NCBI GenBank assembly: GCA_043754535.1
Contig: JAYUUN010000105.1
Coordinates: 1-64,000, forward strand
Origin: Chloroflexota bacterium
Lineage (GTDB): Bacteria; Chloroflexota; Chloroflexia; QHBQ01
Length of the DNA stretch: 64,000 nt
Direction: 5' to 3'
The first letter of the stretch is position 1. Every line of letters starts with the position of its first letter. Below the pieces are notes generated by a model. The model ran no database searches. It saw nothing but the letters and a program-made list of their open reading frames with translations, and was not told where the DNA came from. Shown here piece by piece: positions 37,733 through 47,857 of the stretch. The translations under genes were made by a program, and so were the position numbers.

Positions 37733-38479
37733 CTAGCTGCCGCAAGGTCGGTGGATGGTCAGGCCAGGGTACTCCTCTAGCAGCTGCTCCTCGCTCTGGA
37801 ACCAGCGCAGGTTGTCGGCCTTGATACTGTGCCAGCCAGGGTCGTCGGCACAGTAGTAGTATTTGCGCGACTTGCTGCTAACCACGTAGCGACCGGGGGC
37901 TGGGGTCGGCACGGTAGTCTCGGTCGCCACCGGCTTGGGCGTGCGAGTGGCAGTGTCGGTGCTGGTCGGCCTGGGCGTGCGAGTGGCAGTCGTGGTACTA
38001 GTCGGCTTGGGCGTGCGAGTGGCAGTCGTGGTACTAGTCGGCTTGGGGGTGCGGGTGGCGGTCTCGGTGCTGGTCGGCTTGGGCGTGCGTGTAGGTTTGG
38101 TGGTAGCGGGTGGCTTTGGCGTAGAAGTGAGTTTGGCAGGGTGCGGCGGCCTGGGGGTGCGGGTGGCTTTGGCCTGAGCTGGCTCGTCGCGGACGGTCGG
38201 CTGCACGCTACTCTCCGTCGCTTCATTGGTGGCAGGCTGCTCTGCACTGCTAGCCTCGGTAGCGGGTACCGCTTCGTTGGCAGCGGGCGCAAGGCTTGGC
38301 GCAGTGGGGATGTCGCCTGGGGCAAGGGTGGGCAGCAGCAGAATCGGCTTGAGTTCGAGGGTGGGCGTGAGAGCAGTAGTCGCAGCGGTGGTCGCTGTCG
38401 GGCTGGTGATCACTGGCGCGGCCTGGTCGCAGGCAGTGAGCAACAAGAGGAGCATCAGGCAACCGAGGGTGCAGCGCAT
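37733..38479 (-). CDS. Lipoprotein with T/P/K-rich repeats and a small C-terminal domain
   Basis: Lipobox LLTAC; TRTPKPTSTTTA repeats; C-terminal YVVSSKSRKYYYC...W module. Confidence 0.75.
   Translation of the reverse strand: MRCTLGCLMLLLLLTACDQAAPVITSPTATTAATTALTPTLELKPILLLPTLAPGDIPTAPSLAPAANEAVPATEASSAEQPATNEATESSVQPTVRDEPAQAKATRTPRPPHPAKLTSTPKPPATTKPTRTPKPTSTETATRTPKPTSTTTATRTPKPTSTTTATRTPRPTSTDTATRTPKPVATETTVPTPAPGRYVVSSKSRKYYYCADDPGWHSIKADNLRWFQSEEQLLEEYPGLTIHRPCGS
37932..38093 (-). repeat. 36-bp coding tandem repeat (TRTPKPTSTxTA, about 4.5 copies)
   Basis: Adjacent repeated units with no spacers. Confidence 0.85.
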
Positions 38480-38712
38480 TGTAGGCTAGTGACCTCCCGT
38501 CAGGATGGCCTGATTGTACTACAAGTAGCGGCAGCGTGCAAGCGGCTGGCATAGCAGGCTCAAGGCTGCGGCTTGACGAAAGCAGCGAACGCCAGCGCGA
38601 ACGCCTGCTAGCAACCAGGGTGATGAACCATGATCACGCTAGCGCAGGGTGGGTTAGCAACCAGCCAGCACCCAATTGGATGCTGGCTGTTACTTACTGG
38701 CTATTGCTAACT

Positions 38713-41493
38713 TCAGGGTTGGCTCTCGATGCTGCGGCGCACAACCTTGCTCAGTTCACCGCGCTTGATGTTGTCGTTGGGGCGGAAGCAGAGGCCACTA
38801 GCCCCCACACAGGTTGCGCCGTTGATAATGCTGCGGTTGGCTAGCGTCTCGATGGCGGCGTAGCCGAAGCTGCTGGCTGGCACATCGCTGAAGGTGGCTA
38901 CGGTCGGGGTGAACAGGGCGTAGGCGCGCACCCGCTGGGTAATCACCGCCACCTGCGCCCGCGTCACGTTCTGGTTGGGGCGGAAGCTGCCATCGTTGAA
39001 GCCAGTGATCGCCCCCACGTGTGCTGCTGCTTCCACGTACTGGTAGAACACGCTACTGCTAGCTACATCGGTGAAGGTGGGTGTGATTGGGGTGAAGGCT
39101 GCGATCCCGAAGCCGAGCGCGACAATCTTGGCGAACTGACCGCGCGTGGTGTTGCTGCTGGGGGCAAACAGGCCGCCATTGCCGCTGACTACCCCGCGAC
39201 AGGCAAGGAACTGGATGTCGCCGTAGAAGATGCTGGTGGTCGGCACGTCGCTGAAGCTGATTGTGCAGGCAGCAGCGGTGGCGGTTGGCGTGCTAGCAGC
39301 GGCGGTGTTGGTCGCAGTGCTGACGGCTGGCGGAGTAGCAGTCGGCGTAGCGGTGCTAGCGGCTGCGGTGCTGGTTGCAGTGGCAGCAGTCGCAGTAGCG
39401 GTGCTGGTTGGGGTGGCTGGCACGCTGGTACTGGTTGAGCCGGGCATATTGGTGGCGGTTGGGCTGGGGCTGGGTAGGTTGTCGTCGTAGAAGTGCATCA
39501 AGCCAATGTCGCCTACCGCCCAACCCTCGTTGGCGTTAAGGAAGCTGAGGCTACTGAGGGTACCACCGACAAGGCCATAGGGTGTGGTTGGGGTGTATAC
39601 CACTTGCCAGCTAATGCCATCGTAGTGCGCGATTGTGGCTGGCTCAAGGCTAAAGCTACTGGTCGTTGCCCAGCCGTTGTTAGCTGAGAGCATCTTGAGG
39701 CTATCAACCGCATCGAACGGTACGCTGACACTCGTCCAGGTGCTACCATCCCAGTGTAGCATCCGCTGGTACTGTCCACCGATCCATACGTCGTTGTCGC
39801 TAGCCGCACTGATGGCAAAAGGAACAAAGCCGTTCTGGTTGAGGTTGACGCGCTGCCAGCTTGTGCCGTCGAAGTGGTAAAGCAACGGCACATTGGCTGA
39901 CGAGTTGAACAATCCCACCGCCCAGCCGTTAGTCGGGCTGGTGAAGCTGAGCGAACTCAAGCGGCCCTCCAGCCCCGGCTCTATTAGTTGCATCGTCCAG
40001 CTACCGGCCTGGTAGCGAGCGTAAATGGGCTGTGGGTGGAATACATCAGTGTAGTAGCTGCCGACCGCCCAACCACTGTCCGCCCCGGTCATCTGCATGG
40101 CTTGGAGATGGTAACTGCTGTTGAAGCCCTGGAGGGTGTCCGTCCAGGTAATACCGTCGTAGTGGCTGAAGCGGCCCACTGGCAGCCCGTAAGAGGTGTA
40201 CTTCCAGCCGTCATTGTTGGCGAGGAAGTCCAGCGTATCCGCACCTACGCCTGTGTCTAGCCAGCCAACCCCGTTGTATTGGTACATCCGTGAGTAGCTG
40301 TTGAGCCAACCGTCGTTCGGGGCTAGCATCTTGACCTCTGAGCCGCTCGCACCCCAGGCAACCAGGTTGATATTGCTGCCTGTCCAGTGGTAGAGTAGCC
40401 CATCTGCCCCATCCGCCCAGATGTCGTTGGCCGCCACCCCGGAGATGCTCTTGAGGCTGGCAACCACGTTGAAGGAGTTGTTGTTGTGGCGGAAGCCAAA
40501 GCTGGTGCCGCTAGTTGTGGCCGCGTAATAGTCGTTGCTGGCAAGGGCAAAGATGCTGGTAACATCGCTGCCACCGCTGCCTGCCACTGGCTGCCAGCTT
40601 GTGCCGTCATAGTGCAGCACACTGTCGCCGCCGCTGTTGTTAGCGAGGCCGATCCAGCCCTCGTTCGCGTTCAGCATGAAGATGCTCCGCACCTGTACGT
40701 TGCTGTTGCCAAGCCGCACTGCTGTCCAGTTGTAGTCTTGGAAGTGGAAGGCATAGGGAAAAAGACCACGGATGGTACTGGTATTGTTACTGGTATTGGT
40801 GTCGGTAAATACTTCGGCGACCACCCAGAAGTCGAGCTGGCTGGTCGCGCTCATCTGCCTGACTTCTATCTCGCCAGTCATGATAGCGGGGGTTGGCAGC
40901 ACCGCCCAGTTGGGGCCAACCTTGTTGAGGAACATGGGGCGGGCTTGGTCAAGCTCATCGATAGTACTGCCGAGTATCCAGCCCTGCCCCAGCCCGGTCA
41001 TGTCCACATCGAGCAGATCGGTGGGTTGCGGTTGAGCGGGAGCGACGACCTGCTGCCACGGGCCACCGTCAGAGTGGATGATAGTGCTTAGACCACTGTG
41101 ATCGCCGACGGCCCAAATGTCGTTGGTAGCATGGCTGTCTACTGCCCTGAGGTTGTGATTAACTGGACTGGCGACCTCCTGCCAGCCGCCGCCGTTATAG
41201 TGACGGATGATGCCCCCGTCACCGACGGCCCAGCCATCGGTTGCCGAGCGCATCTTGACTGCCGTATAGTTGGGGTAGGGCTGGTGCCAGGTAGGGCCAG
41301 TCAAGGGTTGACTGCCGCCCTTGGCAAGGGCGGCAACTGGCTGGTGGCTGGTGGTGGCGAGTGGGCTGGCAGCCTCGGCGGCGGCCAAAGTAGCACTGAG
41401 GATCAGAACGAGAGCGAGGGTAGTCGCCAACAGGCGGCGCAGGGTGGAGGGCATTGATGGCACAAGGGTACGTCCTTTCATGGTCGCGCTCAT
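38713..41493 (-). CDS. Secreted beta-propeller-like protein with C-terminal S-layer homology domains
   Basis: Signal peptide, many WAVG/HYDGTSW repeats, T/A-rich linker, three FxDV...(T)RxQ/E SLH repeats; start uncertain. Confidence 0.85.
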   Translation of the reverse strand: MSATMKGRTLVPSMPSTLRRLLATTLALVLILSATLAAAEAASPLATTSHQPVAALAKGGSQPLTGPTWHQPYPNYTAVKMRSATDGWAVGDGGIIRHYNGGGWQEVASPVNHNLRAVDSHATNDIWAVGDHSGLSTIIHSDGGPWQQVVAPAQPQPTDLLDVDMTGLGQGWILGSTIDELDQARPMFLNKVGPNWAVLPTPAIMTGEIEVRQMSATSQLDFWVVAEVFTDTNTSNNTSTIRGLFPYAFHFQDYNWTAVRLGNSNVQVRSIFMLNANEGWIGLANNSGGDSVLHYDGTSWQPVAGSGGSDVTSIFALASNDYYAATTSGTSFGFRHNNNSFNVVASLKSISGVAANDIWADGADGLLYHWTGSNINLVAWGASGSEVKMLAPNDGWLNSYSRMYQYNGVGWLDTGVGADTLDFLANNDGWKYTSYGLPVGRFSHYDGITWTDTLQGFNSSYHLQAMQMTGADSGWAVGSYYTDVFHPQPIYARYQAGSWTMQLIEPGLEGRLSSLSFTSPTNGWAVGLFNSSANVPLLYHFDGTSWQRVNLNQNGFVPFAISAASDNDVWIGGQYQRMLHWDGSTWTSVSVPFDAVDSLKMLSANNGWATTSSFSLEPATIAHYDGISWQVVYTPTTPYGLVGGTLSSLSFLNANEGWAVGDIGLMHFYDDNLPSPSPTATNMPGSTSTSVPATPTSTATATAATATSTAAASTATPTATPPAVSTATNTAAASTPTATAAACTISFSDVPTTSIFYGDIQFLACRGVVSGNGGLFAPSSNTTRGQFAKIVALGFGIAAFTPITPTFTDVASSSVFYQYVEAAAHVGAITGFNDGSFRPNQNVTRAQVAVITQRVRAYALFTPTVATFSDVPASSFGYAAIETLANRSIINGATCVGASGLCFRPNDNIKRGELSKVVRRSIESQP

Positions 41494-41787
41494 GAGTACT
41501 GGGTGGGTAGCGATCCAACCATAGTTGTGGCTACCTCCTAATCTTAGCAGCCAGGGGAGCCAATTTTTGTTGGATTTTGTTGGATTTGTGCCGCGATTAC
41601 GATCCTGGCTGGCATGATTCGTGCGGTTGTTAACCAGGTGTTAACCCCATTGCCTTCTAATCCGTCAATAGATTAGGTATAATGGGGGCAGGTCAGCGAT
41701 GGGGCTGGCTGCCACTTAGCAACTACGGCAACGCAGCTATCTACCACCACTATGCACAAGGATGTGCCACTGATTGGAGGCTTTACA

Positions 41788-42873
41788 GTGACAACATCTG
41801 GCCTGATTGAAGAACAGGTGCGGGTTGATTATGAGCGCGCCCGCCGCAAATCTTTCCTCACCGATCTCGGCAAGCTGCTGGGCAAGCAGGGTAGCGAACT
41901 ACTCTCCTTCGAGCAAGTAGTTCAGAGTCTTGGTACCACCAACCAGACCTATCGGGGCGTACAAACAGTGGATGTCGATCAGATTGTTGGCAGCGTAGAC
42001 CGCTATGCCGACTTTGACCGCCGCTTCCTGCCCAACAACGCTGCCACCCGCGACCGTTGGAAAAGCATAGACCGCGCTTACTACGAGGATGCGATCCTGC
42101 CCCCAGTGATCCTCTACAAGGTGGGCGAGGTCTACTTCGTCAAGGACGGCAACCACCGCATTTCGGTGGCGAAGGCGCGGGGCATCCAGTTTGTGGACGC
42201 GGAAGTAACCGAGGTGCGGAGCCGCATCCCCCTGACCGCCGACACCGACCCCCGCGAAATGCTCGCCCTGGCCGAGTACGGTCGCTTCTTGGAGCAGACC
42301 GACCTTGACCACCTGCGCCCAGGGCAGAACGTGCGCTTCAGCAAGCTAGGCCGCTACGACATCCTGCTCGACCACATCCGCGTCCACCGCTACTTCTACC
42401 AGATCGACACTGGTACTTCGCTGGGCTGGCCCGAAGCGGTCTCATCCTGGTACGACAACCTCTACTACCCGGTAGCCGAGGCGAGCCGCCGCGACCACAT
42501 CTTGGAGGACTTTCCTAGCGCGACCGAGGCCGACCTCTACCTTTGGGTGATGGACTACTCCTACTACCTGGCGCGGGATGAGGGTAAGAAGCTCTCGCCT
42601 GCGGAGGCTACGGCAGACTACAGCGCAGCGTTTGGCAAGCACGACGGCATCCACGCTCTACTCAACCTGCCAGCCCGGATCAGCAGGGGGGCGCAGCAGG
42701 TCTTTGCGATCACAGGGCGGCTGTTGGAGCGAGCGATCTCCTCGGCTCCCGCAACCTATGAGGAGGGCATGACCATGCAGCCGCTGCCTGTCTTCATGCC
42801 AGAGGACGAACTGGAAGCCAATGTTGAGCGCGCCCGCGAAGTTACCGAGCGACATTTGGCAGTAGAGGCTTGA
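41788..42873 (+). CDS. ParB/Srx-like plus DUF4032-like domain protein
   Basis: IVGSVDRYADFDRRFLP, YFVKDGNHRISVA, TEADLYLWV; GGAGG RBS before GTG 41788. Confidence 0.75.
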   Translation: MTTSGLIEEQVRVDYERARRKSFLTDLGKLLGKQGSELLSFEQVVQSLGTTNQTYRGVQTVDVDQIVGSVDRYADFDRRFLPNNAATRDRWKSIDRAYYEDAILPPVILYKVGEVYFVKDGNHRISVAKARGIQFVDAEVTEVRSRIPLTADTDPREMLALAEYGRFLEQTDLDHLRPGQNVRFSKLGRYDILLDHIRVHRYFYQIDTGTSLGWPEAVSSWYDNLYYPVAEASRRDHILEDFPSATEADLYLWVMDYSYYLARDEGKKLSPAEATADYSAAFGKHDGIHALLNLPARISRGAQQVFAITGRLLERAISSAPATYEEGMTMQPLPVFMPEDELEANVERAREVTERHLAVEA

Positions 42874-42950
42874 GCGCGAGCTAGCAGCCTATCTTGTACC
42901 ACAACTAGCATCCCCGCCAACTACTGGCGGGGATGCTGTATAATAGGGTC

Positions 42951-43328
42951 ATGCACGATGACCGCTCTACCAATCTCCCACCGCCGCCCGCTCGCCCGTT
43001 GTTCGCTGGGGTAGAGGAGGATGTGCCACTGCCCGCAAATGGTGAACTGCTTACCCGCTGGTCGCTGATTGGGCTGACCTGCACCCTGCTGGCTGGCCCG
43101 GCTAGCGTGCTGATGCTGCTGATCCCGCCGCTGCTTTTTGCCGCTCCGCTGATCGTCATCTGGCTGCTGGCGGGTTGCGCCATCGCGGTGATTACCCTCA
43201 ACCGCAGCAACGAAGCCAGCCGCCCGCAGCAAGTGCGTGTGGTCAGTGGGGTAGCAGCGGCGATCAGTGGCCTGATCCTGGTGCTGACACTAGGCCTACT
43301 GGTCTGGTCGCTGCTCAGTGTACAGTAG
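42951..43328 (+). CDS. Small membrane protein with a Pro-rich N-terminus
   Basis: Three hydrophobic segments; TATAAT 6 bp before the ATG suggests a leaderless transcript. Confidence 0.6.
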   Translation: MHDDRSTNLPPPPARPLFAGVEEDVPLPANGELLTRWSLIGLTCTLLAGPASVLMLLIPPLLFAAPLIVIWLLAGCAIAVITLNRSNEASRPQQVRVVSGVAAAISGLILVLTLGLLVWSLLSVQ

Positions 43329-43448
43329 AAGCAGTCTGCTAGCGGGTTAGTACAGCGGACAGTGCGCACTAGAGGACGGCCCGCTGGGTTAGCTAACCAG
43401 ACGTTGAGCAACAACTAATCCGCTGGCGATGCGACAAGGGGGAACACC

Positions 43449-43811
43449 ATGAACGATGACTGCCAGCCACCATTCGTCCTGCTGAAAGAGCAGCCGCTAG
43501 CCAGACCGCTCAAGCTGTTCATCAAGATACTTGAGCTAGCACCTCCCAAGTTTCAGCCGCATGTAAATGTTGGCATCGGGGCTGGCAAGCGCACTTTTGC
43601 TATTAAGCTACTAGATGTGCTGCTTCTGCTCCTGGTAGGAGGCTCCTTGCTGATCATGGGCATCTTGCTGTTCATCTGGTTCACCCTGTTCGGTTCGAGT
43701 ATTGATTGGCCCACTAATCTATTAGCAGAGAGGAAGGTTCTTGTCATGAACGACGGCCACCCGACCGATGCCCACCTCTCACCCCACGACGTAAAACTAG
43801 AAGAAAGCTAA
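43449..43811 (+). CDS. Small membrane protein
   Basis: AAGGGGG RBS; one long hydrophobic segment. Confidence 0.5.
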   Translation: MNDDCQPPFVLLKEQPLARPLKLFIKILELAPPKFQPHVNVGIGAGKRTFAIKLLDVLLLLLVGGSLLIMGILLFIWFTLFGSSIDWPTNLLAERKVLVMNDGHPTDAHLSPHDVKLEES

Positions 43812-43812
43812 C

Positions 43813-46254
43813 ATGAACCTCCCCCAACTTCTCGCTATGCTGCGCGAGTCGCCGCAGATGCGCCCCTACATCACCGCCTGGCACGAAGTCCCTGCCCAGC
43901 CCGCCCGCACTGCTCCCTTTCCCGCCGACCTCCACCCGCGCCTGGCCGAGGTGCTGCGGGCGAAGGGGATTGTCAACCTCTACACGCACCAGGCCCAGGC
44001 GTTGCAGGCGGCGCAGGCGGGCCAGCACCTGGCAGTCGTCACCCCCACCGCCAGCGGCAAGACGCTATGCTACAACCTGCCCGTGCTTGACCGCATCCTG
44101 CGCGACGACAGCACCCGCGCCCTCTACCTGTTCCCGACCAAGGCCCTGGCCCAGGATCAGCTAGCGGGGCTGTACGATCTGATCACTGCACTTGACCGTG
44201 ATATCAAGACCTACACCTATGATGGTGACACCCCGCCTGACGCTCGTCGCCTGATCCGCTCCGCTGGTCACATCGTGATCACCAACCCCGATATGCTGCA
44301 CACCGGCGTTCTCCCCCACCACACCAAGTGGGTGCGCCTGTTTGAGAACCTCAAATACGTGGTGGTGGACGAACTACACACCTATCGTGGCGTGTTCGGC
44401 AGCCACGTCGCCAACGTGCTGCGACGGCTAGAGCGCATCTGCGCCTTCTACGGCGCGACCCCACAGTACATCTGTTGCAGCGCGACGATAGCCAACCCCC
44501 GTCAACTGGCCGCCAATCTGATCGGCGTGCCAGAGGAGCGTATCCAACTGGTGGACGACAATGGCGCACCACGGGCGGCCAAGAGCTTCATCATGTACAA
44601 CCCGCCGCTGATCAACAAGCAACTGGGCCTGCGCCGCAGTAGCACGCTGGCCGCCAGCGAGATCGCCACCCAGTTTCTCGCCAATGATGTGCAGACGATA
44701 GTCTTCGCTCGCGCCCGAACGACGGTCGAAATCCTGCTCACCTACCTGCGCAATGCAGCCCAGGGACGGCGGCCCGCCAATGCCATTCGTGGCTATCGCG
44801 GTGGCTACCTGCCGTTGGAGCGGCGCGAGATCGAGAAGGGCTTGCGTGATGGCGAGGTGCGCCTGGTGGTCAGTACCAACGCTCTTGAGTTGGGTATAGA
44901 CATTGGCACCCTGGAAGCCTGCATTATGGCCGGCTACCCAGGCACTGTCGCCAGCACGTGGCAGCAGGCGGGCCGAGCCGGGCGGCAGGTAGGCAGCAGC
45001 GTAGCAGTGTTGGTCGCGGGTAGCAGCACGCTGGATCAGTACATCGTCAACCATCCCGCCTACTTCTTCGGCCAGACAGCAGAGAACGGGCTAGTTAATC
45101 CCGATAACCTGCTGATCCAGATGGGTCACCTCAAGTGCGCCGCCTTCGAGCTACCCTTCGCCGAGGGCGAGCAGTTCGGGCCAAGCGATGTCAGCGAACA
45201 CCTAGCCTACCTGGAGCAGGAGGGTATCCTGCACTACTCTGGGGGGACATACCACTGGATGGCCGAGAACTTCCCCGCCCAGGCAGTCAGCCTGCGGACG
45301 GCCTCCAATGACAACTTCCTGATCGTAGACGTGACCGACGCAAGCCGCCCACGCACCATTGGTGAGGTTGACCGCTTCGCCGCGCCCACCACCATCCACG
45401 AGGAGGCTATCTACCTGCACAACGCCCAGCCTTACCACGTGGATAAACTGGACTGGGACGAGCAGAAAGCCTACGTGCGGGCGGTCGAGGTAGACTACTA
45501 CACCGACGCAAACCTGGCCGTCAGCCTCAAGGTGCTGGATGTTCTCAGTGCGCCCGATCAAGTGTTGGGCCGGAAGGTCGCTGCCGCCCCTCAGTCGGTG
45601 GCCGAGGCGGGCTGGCCGCTGGTAGTAGCGCGGCAGGCTAGAGAAGGCTACCGACCAGAGTTGGGCGCACTGCAAGAGGAGACCCCTACCCTGCCTTCCT
45701 CCACCAGGGGCCTGGGGAAGGATGTTGACCCCACGTTGCACGCAGCCCGTAATCACGGGGAGGTGATGGTCACGGCAATGGCGACGATCTACAAGAAGAT
45801 AAAGCTGCTGACGCATGAGAACCTGGGCTGGGGGCGAATTACGCTGCCAGAGCAGGAGATGCACACTACCGCCTACTGGCTGACGGTGCCACCCGAAGCA
45901 GCGGCTGGGCTGGCGAAGGATGAGTTGCAGGCGGGGCTGATCGGCCTCGGCAACGTGCTGGCCGGGCTTGCGCCGCTCTACCTGATGTGCGACCCTCGCG
46001 ACATTGGCTCGACGGTGCAGGTGCGCTCCCCCTTTACCCGCCGCCCAACCATCTTCATCTATGATAGCTACCCAGGGGGGATCGGCTTCAGCCAGAAGCT
46101 CTACGACTCGCACGCCGCTTTGCTGCAAGCGGCTGGCGAACTGGTGCGGGCTTGTGGTTGCGAGAGCGGCTGCCCCAGTTGCGTCGGCCCAGCGGCGGAG
46201 ACGGGAGCGGACGCGAAGGCATCCACCCTGCGCCTGCTGGCCGCTTTGCATTAG
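43813..46254 (+). CDS. DEAH-box helicase with DUF1998 zinc domain (MrfA/YprA/Hrq1 family)
   Basis: TPTASGKT, DELH, SATIANP, TNALELGIDIG, QQAGRAGR, GGIGF...CGCESGCPSC. Confidence 0.93.
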   Translation: MNLPQLLAMLRESPQMRPYITAWHEVPAQPARTAPFPADLHPRLAEVLRAKGIVNLYTHQAQALQAAQAGQHLAVVTPTASGKTLCYNLPVLDRILRDDSTRALYLFPTKALAQDQLAGLYDLITALDRDIKTYTYDGDTPPDARRLIRSAGHIVITNPDMLHTGVLPHHTKWVRLFENLKYVVVDELHTYRGVFGSHVANVLRRLERICAFYGATPQYICCSATIANPRQLAANLIGVPEERIQLVDDNGAPRAAKSFIMYNPPLINKQLGLRRSSTLAASEIATQFLANDVQTIVFARARTTVEILLTYLRNAAQGRRPANAIRGYRGGYLPLERREIEKGLRDGEVRLVVSTNALELGIDIGTLEACIMAGYPGTVASTWQQAGRAGRQVGSSVAVLVAGSSTLDQYIVNHPAYFFGQTAENGLVNPDNLLIQMGHLKCAAFELPFAEGEQFGPSDVSEHLAYLEQEGILHYSGGTYHWMAENFPAQAVSLRTASNDNFLIVDVTDASRPRTIGEVDRFAAPTTIHEEAIYLHNAQPYHVDKLDWDEQKAYVRAVEVDYYTDANLAVSLKVLDVLSAPDQVLGRKVAAAPQSVAEAGWPLVVARQAREGYRPELGALQEETPTLPSSTRGLGKDVDPTLHAARNHGEVMVTAMATIYKKIKLLTHENLGWGRITLPEQEMHTTAYWLTVPPEAAAGLAKDELQAGLIGLGNVLAGLAPLYLMCDPRDIGSTVQVRSPFTRRPTIFIYDSYPGGIGFSQKLYDSHAALLQAAGELVRACGCESGCPSCVGPAAETGADAKASTLRLLAALH

Positions 46255-46357
46255 GCGGTTTACAAAGCGGTCAGCTTGTGCTATACTCCATTGCACACCG
46301 CTGGTAAAACGTAGTGGTAGCCCCCACCTTCTTCAAGAAAAGGTTGAGCGAAGCAGT

Positions 46358-47857
46358 ATGACAGCACTAACCCCTTCAGTTCGTCATCGTCTTTTTGCCG
46401 CCGAGCAGTACGAACCTGACCTGCTGGCCCGCCGTAAGCGATTTGGCACGGTTGTGCTGGGTTTCTCCATCATTGTCAGTCTGATCCCTGTGGTCAGCGC
46501 GCTCTTTCTGCCTAAGCCTAGTTACCCACTCGCTGGGCTGGCAGTTGTGGCCCTGCTAACTAGTAGCACTCTGTTGGTTGCGCTGGGGCTGGGCTACGTC
46601 AATGTGGTGAACTCGATCACCACCGTCTTTGGCACCCTGCTGCTGATCGCTAGCGCGCACTTTGCCGACGGTATCTACGGCTCGTCGGCCCCTCTACTGC
46701 TGGTTACACTGGCTTACACCCCCTTCCTTGTTCCCCGCCCAGTCTTTATATCCAACCTGATCTCTACCCTGGTTGGCACCACCATCGTGCTAATGTACGA
46801 GTTGAATGGCAACCCACCGCTGCTCCCGCTCCGCGGCGAGCCGCTCTCTTTCTCCTACGCTCTATCAACCGTGATACTGGCAGCGATCATGTACTACTTC
46901 AGCGAGGGCTTGAACAGCGCGGTACGACGGCTGACAGCGCAGAGTGCCGACCTGAGTCGGGCGAACCAGGAGCTAACCCACCAGCAGCAGGCTCGCCAGC
47001 TTGCCGCCGAGCAGGTCTCTACCGCTGCAAACCACATGGCTGCCTTTACTGGTGAGCAGACAGTGCGGGTGCGCGAGGCCGTTGGTACCTTCAACCAGAC
47101 GCAGGCCAGCGCAGAGGAGTTGAGCCGCATCTCCCAGCAGATCGCGGCGGTCGCCGCCGAGGTGCGTGGGGCTGCGGCTAGCACTTTGCAGCAATCGCGC
47201 AGCACCCAGGAGCAGGTAGCCGACGGCATCGGCGAGATCGCGCTGGTACTCGGCCAGGTCAACGTGATTGCCAGCACCGTCAGCACCTTGGAGGAGAGTT
47301 CGCGGGGTATTGGGCTGGTGGTCACCTCGATCCAGGAGATCGCTGACGAAGTGCGCTTGCTAGCCCTCAACGCCGCCATCGAAGCAGCGGGGGCGGGCAG
47401 CTATGGCCGCCGCTTTGGGGTAATCGCCAGTGAGGTCAGCAGCCTATCCGACTCGGCAGAGCAGCAGACCCGAATAGTTAGCCAGCAGTTGCAGCAGTTG
47501 CAAGCGGCCATCCAGGCGGTAGCTGGGGCTAGCAAGCAGGGTATTGCGCTCGCTGGGCGCAGCGAACACTACCTGCGGAGCATAGGCCAGGCTGCCACCC
47601 AGATCAACAACCTGAGCGACCAGACCGACCGCCTTGCCGACTCTATCTCGCAGACTACCAGCCAGCAACGGCTAGCCAGCCAGGAGGTGGTTGAGCAGAT
47701 GCGTACTCTCGTGCGGCTAGCCCAGTCAGAGGCAGACAGCGCGACAGTAGGCGCAGAGGCCGCCAGCAACCTGCGCCTGGTCGCTAGCGGCCTCGCAGAC
47801 AGCCGGGACTACGCGGCTCCCTCACTGGCTGGGCCAAAGGTGAGCAAGCCCTCGTAG
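46358..47857 (+). CDS. Multi-TM methyl-accepting chemotaxis-like protein
   Basis: About six TM helices, then LLALNAAIEAAGAG...FGVIASEV. The ORF-track start overlaps the helicase. Confidence 0.85.
   Translation: MTALTPSVRHRLFAAEQYEPDLLARRKRFGTVVLGFSIIVSLIPVVSALFLPKPSYPLAGLAVVALLTSSTLLVALGLGYVNVVNSITTVFGTLLLIASAHFADGIYGSSAPLLLVTLAYTPFLVPRPVFISNLISTLVGTTIVLMYELNGNPPLLPLRGEPLSFSYALSTVILAAIMYYFSEGLNSAVRRLTAQSADLSRANQELTHQQQARQLAAEQVSTAANHMAAFTGEQTVRVREAVGTFNQTQASAEELSRISQQIAAVAAEVRGAAASTLQQSRSTQEQVADGIGEIALVLGQVNVIASTVSTLEESSRGIGLVVTSIQEIADEVRLLALNAAIEAAGAGSYGRRFGVIASEVSSLSDSAEQQTRIVSQQLQQLQAAIQAVAGASKQGIALAGRSEHYLRSIGQAATQINNLSDQTDRLADSISQTTSQQRLASQEVVEQMRTLVRLAQSEADSATVGAEAASNLRLVASGLADSRDYAAPSLAGPKVSKPS

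Noticed and set aside
37932..38093. 36-bp periodic repeats as a CRISPR array
   Set aside because: The units are contiguous, in-frame coding repeats with no spacers.
43813..46254. DUF1998 helicase as a DISARM/Druantia defence component
   Set aside because: It is a single MrfA/Hrq1-type gene with no methylase or other defence partners nearby.
46004..46357. N-terminal extension of the MCP ORF
   Set aside because: It overlaps the helicase 3' end in another frame.
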